From Gammaproteobacteria bacterium (GTDB lineage Bacteria; Pseudomonadota; Gammaproteobacteria; Eutrophobiales; Eutrophobiaceae), in the NCBI GenBank assembly GCA_965116495.1, contig OZ220696.1, positions 256,001-320,000 of the forward strand: DNA of 64,000 nt, written 5' to 3'. How positions within the stretch are numbered: position 1 is the stretch's first letter; each line of letters begins with the position of its first letter. Both the position numbers and the translations under genes were made by a program. This document shows, one piece after another, positions 19,098 to 29,805 of this stretch. The notes beneath the pieces were generated by a model that was given only the letters and a program-made list of their open reading frames with translations, did no database searches and was not told where the DNA came from.

Positions 19098-19820
19098 TTG
19101 GCTGAGGCGATAAGACATAACATTAATTGTGCTGATTTATTTCCGGTTCCCCTGGTCATTGATAATTTTGGAGAGAGCGCCAGGGAGTTAAACCGGAGAT
19201 TAATGGACGATATTCATATCGAGATGAAACAGGAAGCCGCTTCTGCCTCAAGGAGTTTTGTTTCAGCGTGGCAATCGGAATCCGGGCTCGAAAAGAAGTA
19301 TGCTTCTTTTCTGGAACTGCAAAACCACATTGAGGCAACTGCCGCGACCTACCTGGCTCATATCAAATTCGCTGAAACCATTTCCGTTAAATGTGCCGGT
19401 TTATGGGCGAACTGTATGTCAGGTGGAGGGGGACATTCGATGTATCACATTCATGGTTCCGGCGCGGTCATCGCGACAGGTGTCTATTATCCGGCATCGC
19501 TGATGAAGGATGGGGAAAGCAAGGAAGAAGACCTGGATGATTTCAACCCGCAAACCATCTTCAGGGAAACCGGAGTAGGCGGGGAACTAATCATATATGA
19601 TCCCAGTTATATAATTAAAAGACAGGTAATCAAACCATCGGGATCACACTACTACGAAGCGATTAAAGAGATATCTCCCAGGGAATCCCTGTTAATCCTG
19701 TTCCCTCAATACCTTCCGCATTCCGTCGAGCCGTTGCTTGATGATCAATTCAAACGCTACAGTATTTCCTTTACCATTGAAAAGGTCCGGGGTGAACAGT
19801 TAAAGTTGAGACGGGTTTAG
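19098..19820 (+). CDS. Putative 2OG-Fe(II) oxygenase (TIGR02466-like)
   Basis: LFPVP, WAN, HxH (YHIH), GVYY, FPQYLPHSV, RYSISF. Confidence 0.75.
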   Translation: MAEAIRHNINCADLFPVPLVIDNFGESARELNRRLMDDIHIEMKQEAASASRSFVSAWQSESGLEKKYASFLELQNHIEATAATYLAHIKFAETISVKCAGLWANCMSGGGGHSMYHIHGSGAVIATGVYYPASLMKDGESKEEDLDDFNPQTIFRETGVGGELIIYDPSYIIKRQVIKPSGSHYYEAIKEISPRESLLILFPQYLPHSVEPLLDDQFKRYSISFTIEKVRGEQLKLRRV

Positions 19821-19855
19821 TCAAAACTTGCATTTTTTTTATGCCGTGATACAGG

Positions 19856-19861
19856 TATAAT
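19856..19861 (+). promoter_or_regulatory. Putative -10 box (TATAAT) 8 nt before the nuoA start
   Basis: Perfect TATAAT, no SD before the ATG at 19870; no properly spaced -35. Confidence 0.45.
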
Positions 19862-19869
19862 CTCCGTTC

Positions 19870-20226
19870 ATGCTGGAAAATTATCTACCAATACTGATCT
19901 TCCTGATCGTCGGGCTGGGGTTCGGCGGGATATTGTTTGTCCTCGGTTATTTTCTCGGGCCGAACAGCCCCGACGAAGCGAAACAGTCACCTTACGAATG
20001 CGGGTTTGATGCCTTCGAAGACGCCAGAATTCAATTCGACGTACGCTATTACCTCATTGCCATCCTGTTTATAATCTTTGACTTGGAAATTGCCTTTTTC
20101 TTTCCCTGGGCGGTCGCCCTGCGGGAGATAGGCATGGTCGGTTTCTGGGCCATGATGCTGTTCCTTGCAGTCCTCGTGGTCGGCTTCATCTACGAGTGGC
20201 GTAAGGGCGCCCTGGAATGGGAGTAA
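19870..20226 (+). CDS. nuoA: NADH-quinone oxidoreductase subunit A
   Basis: [32 protein letters not shown]. Confidence 0.97.
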   Translation: MLENYLPILIFLIVGLGFGGILFVLGYFLGPNSPDEAKQSPYECGFDAFEDARIQFDVRYYLIAILFIIFDLEIAFFFPWAVALREIGMVGFWAMMLFLAVLVVGFIYEWRKGALEWE

Positions 20227-20230
20227 CAGA

Positions 20231-20716
20231 ATGAATTCCGAAGAACAGATTCACCACCAGGGTATCGTTACTACCACGGTGGATAACCTGGTGAACTGGG
20301 CGCGTACCGGTTCCTTGTGGCCGATGACGTTCGGCCTGGCCTGTTGTGCAGTGGAAATGATGCATGCGGGCGCCTCGCGTTACGACCTGGACCGGTTCGG
20401 TGTCATATTTCGCCCGAGCCCCAGGCAATCAGACGTCATGATCGTTGCGGGAACACTGGTTAACAAGATGGCGCCTGCGTTGCGCAGGGTTTATGACCAG
20501 ATGCCGGATCCCAAGTGGGTGATCTCGATGGGGTCCTGTGCCAACGGCGGTGGCTATTACCATTATTCCTATTCCGTTGTACGCGGCTGCGACCGCATTG
20601 TCCCGGTGGATATCTATGTACCGGGTTGCCCACCCACTGCAGAAGCCCTGTTGTTCGGCGTATTGCAATTACAGAAAAAGATCAAGCGTACCGGCACCAA
20701 TACGATCAGAAGATAG
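20231..20716 (+). CDS. nuoB: NADH-quinone oxidoreductase subunit B
   Basis: [25 protein letters not shown]; start at ATG 20231. Confidence 0.97.
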   Translation: MNSEEQIHHQGIVTTTVDNLVNWARTGSLWPMTFGLACCAVEMMHAGASRYDLDRFGVIFRPSPRQSDVMIVAGTLVNKMAPALRRVYDQMPDPKWVISMGSCANGGGYYHYSYSVVRGCDRIVPVDIYVPGCPPTAEALLFGVLQLQKKIKRTGTNTIRR

Positions 20717-20743
20717 GACAGCTTGATTTTACGTTAAACGGCT

Positions 20744-21418
20744 ATGGATACGCTTATCAACGACCTGCGCGAGCGTCTGGGCGCCAGAATCATCAATGAC
20801 AAGCTCGAAACGGGTCAGGTAACCATTGAGGTCAACGCCGCTGACCTGACTGATGTATGTCTTATCCTGCGGGACGATGAGGCCCTGGTATTCAACCAGT
20901 TATCCGATTTGTGCGGGGTCGATTACCTGTCCTACGGCAAGGCGGACTGGGAAACCCAGGATACGACCCGTACCGGTTTCAGCCGCGGGGTCAGCCAGGG
21001 TGTTTATATCGATACCCAGGATATCGACGACCGTTTTGCGGTGGTCTACCACCTGTTGTCGTTAAAACATAACCGGCGCCTCAGGCTGCGCAGTTTTATC
21101 TCCGGCCAACCGGCCAGGATTGCTTCGGTAACCCCCATCTGGGCCGGCGCCGACTGGTTCGAACGGGAAGCCTTTGACCTGTTCGGCATCATGTTCGACG
21201 GACATCCCGACCTGAGACGCATACTGACCGACTATGGGTTCAGGGGGCACCCGTTCCGCAAGGATTTTCCGCTGGAGGGCAACGTGGAGGTTCGTTATGA
21301 CCCGGAGCAGGGGCGGGTCGTGTACCAGCCTGTGACGATCAAGAACCGCGTGCTGGTCCCCAAGACGATACGCCACGATAACCGCTACGCTGGACCGGGA
21401 GAAAACCATGGCGATTGA
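20744..21418 (+). CDS. nuoC: NADH-quinone oxidoreductase subunit C
   Basis: [29 protein letters not shown]. Confidence 0.97.
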   Translation: MDTLINDLRERLGARIINDKLETGQVTIEVNAADLTDVCLILRDDEALVFNQLSDLCGVDYLSYGKADWETQDTTRTGFSRGVSQGVYIDTQDIDDRFAVVYHLLSLKHNRRLRLRSFISGQPARIASVTPIWAGADWFEREAFDLFGIMFDGHPDLRRILTDYGFRGHPFRKDFPLEGNVEVRYDPEQGRVVYQPVTIKNRVLVPKTIRHDNRYAGPGENHGD

Positions 21419-21438
21419 CCTGGTTAACAATGATATTT

Positions 21439-21481
21439 GGGGTCAGAGCAAAAACTCCCCTGGAGTTTTTGCTCTGACCCC
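21439..21481. repeat. GGGGTCAGAG...CTCTGACCCC palindromic element, copy 1
   Basis: Perfect 20-bp stem with 3-nt loop between nuoC and nuoD. Confidence 0.9.
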
Positions 21482-21495
21482 TGGAAGTTTTAAAA

Positions 21496-22749
21496 ATGCC
21501 TGAAATCAGGAACATGACGATGAACTTCGGCCCGCAGCACCCGGCGGCTCACGGGGTGTTGCGCCTGGTGTTGGAGATGGACGGGGAGGTGATCGAGCGA
21601 GCCGACCCGCATATCGGGTTACTGCATCGCGCGACCGAAAAACTGGCCGAGAGCAAGCCTTATAACCAGAGTATCGGTTACATGGACCGCCTCGATTACG
21701 TGTCCATGATGTGCAATGAACATGCTTACGTGCTGGCCATTGAAAAATTGCTGGGTGTGACGCCACCCATACGGGCCCGTTATATCCGGGTAATGTTCGA
21801 TGAGATCACCCGTGTGCTTAATCACCTGATGTGGCTGGGTGCCCACGGTCTGGACATCGGCGCCATGAGCATATTCCTGTATTGCTTCCGGGAACGGGAA
21901 GACCTGATGGATTGTTACGAAGCGGTGTCAGGCACGAGAATGCATGCAACCTATTACCGGCCGGGTGGTGTGTACCGAGACCTGCCGGCGGAAATGCCGC
22001 GCTACCAGGTGACGGTGAACCGTTCAAAGGCAGAGGTAAATAAATTAAACGAGACGCGCCAGGGTTCCCTGCTCGATTTTATCGCGACGTTTACCGAACG
22101 TTTTCCGGATCGCATTGACGAATATGAAACCCTGTTGACCGACAACCGGATCTGGAAGCAGCGCACGGTAGGAATAGGCGTGGTCTCAGCAGAGAGGGCG
22201 ATACAGCTCGGCTTTACCGGCCCCATGTTGCGCGGCTCGGGCGTAGAGTGGGACCTGCGCAGAAAACAGCCTTACGAAGTTTATAACCAACTGGATTTTG
22301 CCATTCCCGTCGGCGCCAATGGAGATTGTTATGATCGTTACCTGGTGCGCGTTGAGGAGATGCGCCAGTCAAATGCAATCATCAGGCAATGTGTGGACTG
22401 GCTGCGGAGTAATCCCGGGCCGGTGATCATCGATGACCATAAACTGGTCCCACCCAGGAGGGAAACGATGAAAGATGACATGGAGTCGTTAATTCACCAT
22501 TTCAAGCTGTTTACCGAAGGTTACTGCGTGCCGGAAGGAGAGGTTTATGCAGCCGTGGAACACCCGAAAGGTGAGTTTGGGATATACCTGGTGTCGGACG
22601 GAGCCAACAAGCCGTATCGGTTGAAGATACGGCCTCCGGGTTTCGTCCACCTGGCGTCCCTGAATGAAATGGTGCAGGGACACATGCTGGCAGACGTGGT
22701 CGCAGTGATTGGGACGCAGGATGTCGTGTTCGGCGAAATCGATCGTTGA
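21496..22749 (+). CDS. nuoD: NADH-quinone oxidoreductase subunit D
   Basis: [29 protein letters not shown]. Confidence 0.98.
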   Translation: MPEIRNMTMNFGPQHPAAHGVLRLVLEMDGEVIERADPHIGLLHRATEKLAESKPYNQSIGYMDRLDYVSMMCNEHAYVLAIEKLLGVTPPIRARYIRVMFDEITRVLNHLMWLGAHGLDIGAMSIFLYCFREREDLMDCYEAVSGTRMHATYYRPGGVYRDLPAEMPRYQVTVNRSKAEVNKLNETRQGSLLDFIATFTERFPDRIDEYETLLTDNRIWKQRTVGIGVVSAERAIQLGFTGPMLRGSGVEWDLRRKQPYEVYNQLDFAIPVGANGDCYDRYLVRVEEMRQSNAIIRQCVDWLRSNPGPVIIDDHKLVPPRRETMKDDMESLIHHFKLFTEGYCVPEGEVYAAVEHPKGEFGIYLVSDGANKPYRLKIRPPGFVHLASLNEMVQGHMLADVVAVIGTQDVVFGEIDR

Positions 22750-22767
22750 CCGGCCACCGGGTATGTA

Positions 22768-23268
22768 ATGAGGATGACCACGACCAAACAAAAATTACCT
22801 CTGCGCGTCAGGAAAGAAATTGATCGCTGGACCGCCATATTCCCGGCGGATCAGAAGCAGTCCGCCGTGCTCGCGGCATTACGCGAGGCGCAGCATGAGA
22901 ACGGGGGGTACCTGACCAGGGAGCTGATGGACGCGGTCGCCGATTACCTGCAGATGCCGCGCATCGCGGTGTATGAGGCGGCCAGCTTTTATTCCATGCT
23001 GGAAACCGAACCGTGCGGCCGTCACAGCGTGTCCGTATGCACCAATATCTCCTGCATGTTGCGTGGAGCGGATGATATCGTTGCTCATATTGAAGGCAAG
23101 CTGGGGGTTAAAGTCGGTGGGACCACCGGTGACAATCGCATTTACCTGAAACAGGAAGAGGAGTGTCTGGCCGCCTGTTGCGGGGCGCCCATGATGATGG
23201 TCGATCATAAATACTATGAAAACCTGACTCCCGATATCGTGGATGAAGTGCTGGACGGGCTGGACTGA
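22768..23268 (+). CDS. nuoE: NADH-quinone oxidoreductase subunit E
   Basis: [10 protein letters not shown] and ECLAAC 2Fe-2S motifs. Confidence 0.96.
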   Translation: MRMTTTKQKLPLRVRKEIDRWTAIFPADQKQSAVLAALREAQHENGGYLTRELMDAVADYLQMPRIAVYEAASFYSMLETEPCGRHSVSVCTNISCMLRGADDIVAHIEGKLGVKVGGTTGDNRIYLKQEEECLAACCGAPMMMVDHKYYENLTPDIVDEVLDGLD

Positions 23269-24557
23269 TGGACAGGAACGCAATCAACTCGGTTTGTTAC
23301 GCCACCCTCGGGTTTGACCAGCCCTGGACCCTGGAGAATTACTACCGGGTAGACGGTTACAAGGCCTGGAAGAAAATTCTTGATGAAAAAATTCCGCCCC
23401 GCGAGGTAACGGAAGAGATCAAGGGCTCGGGATTGCGCGGTCGCGGTGGTGCAGGGTTCCCCACGGGGTTGAAATGGAGTTTCATGAATCCCGATGCGCC
23501 CAACCCGAAATATGTCGTCTGCAATTCCGACGAGAGCGAACCGGGCACCTGCAAGGACCGGGATATCCTGCGCTTCAATCCCCACTCCCTGGTTGAAGGC
23601 CTTGCCATTGCCTGCTATGCCATGGGCGCATCAGTGGCTTATAATTATATCCGCGGCGAGTTCATGCAAGAACCGTACGAACGCTTTGAGAATGCCTTGA
23701 AGGAAGCCTACGACGCGGGTTTTCTGGGGAAGGATATCTGTGGTTCGGGAATAGACATCGATATTTATTCGGTGCTGGGCGCCGGCGCCTATATATGCGG
23801 GGAAGAGACGGCCCTGCTGGAATCCCTGGAAGGGAAACCCGGCAAGCCCAGGTTCAAACCGCCGTTTCCTGCGCAATACGGTTTATACGGTAAGCCCACA
23901 ACGCTCAACAACACGGAAAGCTTCTGTTCCGCGCCGACAATCATGTTGAAGGGCGCACGCTGGTTTGCCGATGTGGGAGTGGAGAACAGCGGCGGCACCA
24001 AGTGTTTTTCCGTGAGCGGCCACGTGGCAAAACCGGGCAATTTTGAGGTGCCCCTGGGTCTGCCGTTTCGCGAGTTGCTGGACATGGCCGGCGGTATGTG
24101 GCATGGGAGGAAATTGAAAGCGGTGATTCCCGGCGGTTCATCGGTGCCGGTGGTGCCGGGAGAGATCATGCTGGAAGCCAATATGGATTATGATTCCCTG
24201 CGCGCGGCGGGTTCATCCATCGGTTCCGGCGCGGTGGTGGTCATGGACGAGACCACCTGCATGGTCAGGATGCTGCAGCGTATCTCCAGGTTTTATTTTG
24301 CCGAATCATGCGGCCAGTGCACCCCGTGCCGCGAGGGAACCGGCTGGCTGTACCGTATGCTGTCCCGCATTATCGACGGCCGGGGCCGGATGGCAGACCT
24401 GGACAAGCTGGTTGACGTGGCCAACAAGATAGAAGGGCGGACTATCTGCGCCCTGGGTGATGCCGCGGCATGGCCGGTACAGAGTTTCATGAAACATTAC
24501 CGGCACGAATTCGAATACATGATAGAAAACCAGGGCCGCTCAATTATTAATGTCTGA
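23268..24557 (+). CDS. nuoF: NADH-quinone oxidoreductase subunit F
   Basis: [32 protein letters not shown]. Confidence 0.98.
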   Translation: MDRNAINSVCYATLGFDQPWTLENYYRVDGYKAWKKILDEKIPPREVTEEIKGSGLRGRGGAGFPTGLKWSFMNPDAPNPKYVVCNSDESEPGTCKDRDILRFNPHSLVEGLAIACYAMGASVAYNYIRGEFMQEPYERFENALKEAYDAGFLGKDICGSGIDIDIYSVLGAGAYICGEETALLESLEGKPGKPRFKPPFPAQYGLYGKPTTLNNTESFCSAPTIMLKGARWFADVGVENSGGTKCFSVSGHVAKPGNFEVPLGLPFRELLDMAGGMWHGRKLKAVIPGGSSVPVVPGEIMLEANMDYDSLRAAGSSIGSGAVVVMDETTCMVRMLQRISRFYFAESCGQCTPCREGTGWLYRMLSRIIDGRGRMADLDKLVDVANKIEGRTICALGDAAAWPVQSFMKHYRHEFEYMIENQGRSIINV

Positions 24558-26919
24558 TAATTCCATAACACTTGAGATTGACGGCCGGGAAGTCGAGGCC
24601 CGGCCCGGCCAGATGCTGATCGAGGTGACTGATCGGATCGGGAACTACGTGCCGCGCTTCTGTTACCACGACAAGCTGACCGTCGCGGCAAACTGCAGGA
24701 TGTGCCTGGTGGAAGTGGAAAAGGCGCCCAAGCCTTTACCGGCTTGCGCCACACCGGTTATGAACGGCATGAAAGTTCATACAAAATCGGAACTGGCGCT
24801 GGAAGCGCAGAAATCAGTCATGGAATTTCTACTGATTAACCATCCCCTGGATTGCCCTATCTGCGACCAGGGTGGGGAGTGTGAATTGCAGGACCTGGCA
24901 ATGGGTTACGGCAGGGACGTATCCCGTTACCAGGAAAAGAAACGGGTCGTGAAGGACAAGAACATAGGTCCCCTGGTACAGACGGACATGACCCGGTGTA
25001 TCCACTGTACCCGCTGCGTACGTTTCGGCGAGGAGATCGCAGGTTTGCGCGAACTGGGCGCAACCGGGCGCAGTGAGTTCATGGAGATCGGCACCTACAT
25101 CGAAAAGAGTATGGATTCCGAATTGTCCGGCAACGTGATTGACCTGTGTCCGGTCGGCGCACTCACTTCCAAACCGTTCCGGTATACCGCACGCACCTGG
25201 GAGATGACCCAGCACAGCGGAATCGGGGTGCACGATGCGGTGGGTTCAAACCTTCACTTTCATGTAAAGGATGATCGGATAAAACGGGTTGTGCCCGCAG
25301 ACAATGAAGACATCAACGAGGTCTGGCTGTCGGACCGCGATCGATTCAGTTATGAAGGGCTGAATAGTGCCGGGCGTCTTACGGCTCCCATGGTCAGGGA
25401 TGAACATGGCTGGCGGGAAGTCGATTGGAATACGGCGCTCAACCATGTAAAGGGCAAGCTGCGTAGCGTGACTGAGCAGCATGGCGCAGATCAGGTCGGT
25501 GCATTGGTCTCTCCTTCGGCCACTTCCGAGGAACTTTACCTGACGCAGAAATTCATGCGGAAACTGGGGTCCGGCAATATCGATCATCGATTGCGGCAAA
25601 CGGATTTCAGTGACCAGTCAGTGGCCCCGGCGTACCCGGGATTGGGGATGTCCCTGGCCGACGTTGAGCGGCTTGAAGCGGTCCTGATAGTCGGTGGCTT
25701 TCCGCGCAAGGATCAGCCAATCTTCAATCACCGTTTGCGTAAAGCCGTCATGGCCGGCGCAGAAGTGATGGTGATCAACCCGGTAGACTTCAGTTTCAAT
25801 TATGAGATTGCCCATAAATGTATTGAATCACCCGCCAAACTCGTGCAGGAACTGGCCGCCGTACTGAAGGTTGCCGCCGGTAAGACGGACAAGGACAGCG
25901 CACACGCCCGCTTGCTGGAGGCACTACGGCCGAAGACCGTGCATAGAAACATTGCGAGGACGCTTTTGAATGCAGACAGGGCGGCGGTCTTCATCGGCAG
26001 CCTGGGCGTTTCCCACCCGCAGTTGTCCCTGTTGCGTTACCTGTCAGGATCATTGGCGCAACGGATTTCGGGCACTTTCGGTTACCTGGAGAACGGGGCG
26101 AACAGTGCCGGGGCCTGGCTGACCGGGGCCATACCCCACAGGTTACCGGGTATGAACAATGCCACTGCCGGCGGCCTGGATGCCGGCGCCATGCTGACTG
26201 AACAACTGGCGGCCTACCTGTTGCTGGACGTGGAACCGGAGTTCGATTTTTTTGACGGAAACCTGGCTCGGGATGCGCTGCTCAAGGCTGCCTGTGTGGT
26301 TGCCGTAACAGGGTATAAAACAACGGCAGAGTATGCCGACGTGTTGCTGCCGATGGCAATGTATGCGGAAAATGCAGGTTCATACCTGAACATGGAGGGC
26401 CGGGGCCAATGTTTCAATAGGGTGGTATCGCCACCCGGGGGTGCCCGCCCGGCCTGGAAAATAGTCTGTTCCCTGGCAGGCAACCTGGGTCTTGACGGCT
26501 TCAGTTATAAGGGGTTCGAGGAAGTCCGGACAGAAGCGGCTGAAAAGATGGGGAATATACAACCGGATAATATGGATGCATGGACCACGCCTGAAGCAAT
26601 CCCGGCAAGTAGCGGGGACCTGCAGCGTATCGGTTATGTGCCCATGAATTCCGTTGATGCGCTGGTGCGCCATGCCCCGGCATTACAACAGACCGTGGAC
26701 GTAGCAGACGGGGTTGCTCATATCAACAGGAAGACGGCGCGCAGGTTGGGTGTGGCAGGAGAGGAGAATATCATGGTATCCAGCCAGGACAACGTTGTGC
26801 AGCTTCCCCTGCAGATCGATGACACCGTGGCGGATGACTGTGTGATGATACACGGTGGACACGCCGGCAGCGGCAGTCTGGGGCCGTTATCAGGCCCGGT
26901 TTCGGTTTCCAGGGTTTAA
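24550..26919 (+). CDS. nuoG: NADH-quinone oxidoreductase subunit G
   Basis: [36 protein letters not shown]. Confidence 0.98.
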   Translation: MSDNSITLEIDGREVEARPGQMLIEVTDRIGNYVPRFCYHDKLTVAANCRMCLVEVEKAPKPLPACATPVMNGMKVHTKSELALEAQKSVMEFLLINHPLDCPICDQGGECELQDLAMGYGRDVSRYQEKKRVVKDKNIGPLVQTDMTRCIHCTRCVRFGEEIAGLRELGATGRSEFMEIGTYIEKSMDSELSGNVIDLCPVGALTSKPFRYTARTWEMTQHSGIGVHDAVGSNLHFHVKDDRIKRVVPADNEDINEVWLSDRDRFSYEGLNSAGRLTAPMVRDEHGWREVDWNTALNHVKGKLRSVTEQHGADQVGALVSPSATSEELYLTQKFMRKLGSGNIDHRLRQTDFSDQSVAPAYPGLGMSLADVERLEAVLIVGGFPRKDQPIFNHRLRKAVMAGAEVMVINPVDFSFNYEIAHKCIESPAKLVQELAAVLKVAAGKTDKDSAHARLLEALRPKTVHRNIARTLLNADRAAVFIGSLGVSHPQLSLLRYLSGSLAQRISGTFGYLENGANSAGAWLTGAIPHRLPGMNNATAGGLDAGAMLTEQLAAYLLLDVEPEFDFFDGNLARDALLKAACVVAVTGYKTTAEYADVLLPMAMYAENAGSYLNMEGRGQCFNRVVSPPGGARPAWKIVCSLAGNLGLDGFSYKGFEEVRTEAAEKMGNIQPDNMDAWTTPEAIPASSGDLQRIGYVPMNSVDALVRHAPALQQTVDVADGVAHINRKTARRLGVAGEENIMVSSQDNVVQLPLQIDDTVADDCVMIHGGHAGSGSLGPLSGPVSVSRV

Positions 26920-26936
26920 TACGGGTTTCTGTCGCA

Positions 26937-28055
26937 ATGCTCGAATACCTGTTCAACATCATCAGCGATAATATCCTGGCGCCTGTGGTTGCCTGGCTTG
27001 TCCCGGACAATTATGCGGATTATTCGCTGTACACCCTGGAAGTACTGGTGAAAATCCTCGCCATAGTGATTCCCTTGCTCGTCGTTGTCGCTTACATGAC
27101 CTACGCGGAACGCAGGATCATCGGTTACATACAATGCAGGCTGGGACCGAACAGGGTCGGGTTTTTCGGTTTCCGTTTCTGGGGGCTGGGCCAGCCCATC
27201 GCCGATGCGGTCAAGCTTCTGTTCAAGGAAATTATTATTCCAACGGGGGCAAACAAACGCCTGTTCGTGATGGCGCCCATACTGGCCATTGCGCCGTCCC
27301 TTGCCGCCTGGGCCGTGATACCGTTTGCCGACACCCTGGTGCTGGCGGATATTAATGCAGGGTTGTTATACATCCTGGCCCTGACGTCATTAGCCGTATA
27401 CGGCATCATCATTGCAGGCTGGGCGTCAAATTCCAAGTACGCGTTCCTGGGCGCCATGCGCTCCGCCGCACAGATCGTTTCCTACGAGATTGCCATGGGC
27501 TTTGCGCTGGTATGTGTACTGATTGCCGCCGGCAGTTTAAACCTGGGTCAGATTACCGCGGCACAAAGCGGCAGTATCCTGCATTGGTACTGGTTGCCGC
27601 TGTTGCCGATTTTCCTGGTCTATTTTATATCCGGCGTGGCCGAGACCAACAGGGCGCCGTTTGACGTGGCCGAGGGTGAATCCGAACTTGTGGCCGGTTT
27701 CCACGTTGAATATGGCGGAATGGCATTTTCTATTTTCTTTATGGCGGAATATGCCAATATGGTGCTTATTGCCGTATTGACTGCCGTGCTGTTCTGTGGC
27801 GGGTGGCTGTCTCCCTTCCAGGGTTTGGCGCTGCTCGAAGGCATACCTTATATCACTGAACCGAATATAATGTGGCTGTTGTTAAAAACTTCGGTGTTTT
27901 TGTTCATGTTCCTGTGGTTCAGGGCAACATTCCCCCGTTACCGCTACGACCAGATTATGCGTCTTGGCTGGAAAGTATTCCTGCCCATCACCATTATCTG
28001 GATTGTGGTTATCTCCGGCATGGTCGTTGCAGAGGCGCCGCCGTGGTTTGACTGA
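26937..28055 (+). CDS. nuoH: NADH-quinone oxidoreductase subunit H
   Basis: [31 protein letters not shown]. Confidence 0.97.
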   Translation: MLEYLFNIISDNILAPVVAWLVPDNYADYSLYTLEVLVKILAIVIPLLVVVAYMTYAERRIIGYIQCRLGPNRVGFFGFRFWGLGQPIADAVKLLFKEIIIPTGANKRLFVMAPILAIAPSLAAWAVIPFADTLVLADINAGLLYILALTSLAVYGIIIAGWASNSKYAFLGAMRSAAQIVSYEIAMGFALVCVLIAAGSLNLGQITAAQSGSILHWYWLPLLPIFLVYFISGVAETNRAPFDVAEGESELVAGFHVEYGGMAFSIFFMAEYANMVLIAVLTAVLFCGGWLSPFQGLALLEGIPYITEPNIMWLLLKTSVFLFMFLWFRATFPRYRYDQIMRLGWKVFLPITIIWIVVISGMVVAEAPPWFD

Positions 28056-28069
28056 TAAAGAAGATATTT

Positions 28070-28140
28070 GGGGTCAGAGTAAAACGCTTAAAAGAATATA
28101 GGATAAGTGAGATAAATTTGCAGAGTTTTACTCTGACCCC
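28070..28140. repeat. GGGGTCAGAG...CTCTGACCCC palindromic element, copy 2
   Basis: 16-bp perfect arms (28070-28085 / 28125-28140) around an AT-rich spacer, between nuoH and nuoI. Confidence 0.9.
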
Positions 28141-28152
28141 TGAATTGGCAAA

Positions 28153-28641
28153 TTGATGAAAATTAAAGATTATTTCCGGAGTTTCCTGTTGTGGGAACTG
28201 TTGAAAGGCCTGCGTTTGACGGGGCGTTACTTGTTCAGGCGCAAGATCACTGTGCAATATCCGGAGGAGAAGACCCCCCAGTCGCCTCGCTTCAGGGGCC
28301 TCCATGCGTTGCGCCGATATCCCAATGGTGAAGAGCGTTGTATCGCCTGCAAGTTATGTGAGGCGGTCTGTCCCGCGGTGGCCATCACCATCGAGTCAGA
28401 GCAACGGGATGACGGCACCCGCAGGACGACCCGTTACGATATCGATTTGGCAAAATGCATTTTTTGCGGGTTCTGTGAAGAATCATGTCCGGTCGACTCC
28501 ATTGTTGAGACGCGCATTTACGAATACCACGGCGAACAGCGCTCCGACCTGCTGATGACAAAGCAAAGGTTACTGGAAGTCGGAGACATAGCTGAAGAGC
28601 AGATTGCCCGGGACCGCGCCGCAGAAGCGTTGTATCGGTGA
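28153..28641 (+). CDS. nuoI: NADH-quinone oxidoreductase subunit I
   Basis: [12 protein letters not shown] and [12 protein letters not shown]. Confidence 0.98.
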   Translation: MMKIKDYFRSFLLWELLKGLRLTGRYLFRRKITVQYPEEKTPQSPRFRGLHALRRYPNGEERCIACKLCEAVCPAVAITIESEQRDDGTRRTTRYDIDLAKCIFCGFCEESCPVDSIVETRIYEYHGEQRSDLLMTKQRLLEVGDIAEEQIARDRAAEALYR

Positions 28642-28647
28642 CCCATT

Positions 28648-28884
28648 AGCTACAGAGGACACAGAGTTGATTGGTTTTAAGAAGCAACAATAGTTCACCA
28701 TTCCCGCGCAAGCGGGACTCCGGTATGCAAACATTCCTTATAAGGAGCTTTGTTGTCTACCGGATTCTGGTCCCTGCCTTCGCAGGGATAAACATTTGCA
28801 GGAATGACGAGCGGAGGGACTGTTCATTCTGTGATCTCTGTGTCCCCCTGCTTAAGGCATACAGGGGCATGCTCTGTGGCAAAT
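28648..28884. repeat. Nested palindromic repeat cluster between nuoI and nuoJ
   Basis: Outer ACAGAGGACACAGAG ... CTCTGTGTCC/CTCTGTGGC arms enclose ATTCCCGCGCAAGCGGGACTCC and TCCCTGCCTTCGCAGGGA hairpins. Confidence 0.7.
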
Positions 28885-28896
28885 AATTAAACTCTT

Positions 28897-29502
28897 ATGT
28901 TGGAACAATCCATATTTTATGTTTTTGCGGTCCTGCTGGTGATGTCGGCCTGCATGGTTATTTCCGTGCGCAACCCGGTTCATGCAGCACTTTTTCTGAT
29001 CCTGTCGTTTTTTTGCAGCGCGGCCATCTGGTTGCTATTGGAAGCAGAATTCCTGGCTATTGCGCTGGTGCTGGTCTACGTGGGCGCGGTGATGGTGTTA
29101 TTCCTGTTTGTGGTGATGATGCTGGATATTAACATCTCAACACTGCGGGAAGGATTTTCCCGGTTTTTACCCGTCGGCTTAGCAGTTGCCGTACTGATGC
29201 TGATTGCCATGGGATTGATTGTAGGCGCCGGCCATATTTTGCCTGGTTCAGGGTCAACAGGCGATCAGCTTGCAATCGGCATCGATAATACCCGGTTGCT
29301 CGGCAAGGCACTGTTTACCGAATATATTTACCCTTTCGAGATTGCCGGCGCCATCCTGTTGACCGCGATTATCGCAGCGATCAGTCTGACCATGCGTAAA
29401 CCGCGGGCGCAACGCACGCCCAAAGCCGGGAAACAGGTCAATGTCAAACCAGAGACGCGCGTGCGCCTGGTCGACATGGAGTCGGAGAAGGAAGATGATT
29501 GA
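28897..29502 (+). CDS. nuoJ: NADH-quinone oxidoreductase subunit J
   Basis: [30 protein letters not shown]. Confidence 0.97.
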   Translation: MLEQSIFYVFAVLLVMSACMVISVRNPVHAALFLILSFFCSAAIWLLLEAEFLAIALVLVYVGAVMVLFLFVVMMLDINISTLREGFSRFLPVGLAVAVLMLIAMGLIVGAGHILPGSGSTGDQLAIGIDNTRLLGKALFTEYIYPFEIAGAILLTAIIAAISLTMRKPRAQRTPKAGKQVNVKPETRVRLVDMESEKEDD

Positions 29503-29800
29503 ACTGGCCGAAGTCCTGACATTAGCCGCGTTACTGTTCTGCATCAGTGTGGCGGGCGTTTTTATCAACAGGAAGAACGTCATTATTTTATTGATGTGCA
29601 TCGAATTGATGCTGCTGTCCGTGAATTTGAACTTCATCGCGTTTTCCCATTTCCTCGGTGATATTCACGGCCAGGTTTTTGTCTTCTTCATCCTGACTGT
29701 TGCCGCGGCTGAAGCTGCGATCGGTCTTGCGATCCTGGTGGTTCTGTTTCGCAATCGAAATACCATAAACGTTGTAGACCTGGATAGTCTTAAGGGATAG
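29495..29800 (+). CDS. nuoK: NADH-quinone oxidoreductase subunit K
   Basis: Start MIELAEV (ATG 29495); [18 protein letters not shown]. Confidence 0.97.
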   Translation: MIELAEVLTLAALLFCISVAGVFINRKNVIILLMCIELMLLSVNLNFIAFSHFLGDIHGQVFVFFILTVAAAEAAIGLAILVVLFRNRNTINVVDLDSLKG

Positions 29801-29805
29801 CACTG

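Noticed and set aside
28671-28886. 71-aa ORF as an extra nuo subunit
   Set aside because: Composed of nested repeat sequence; no SD or plausible membrane/Fe-S features
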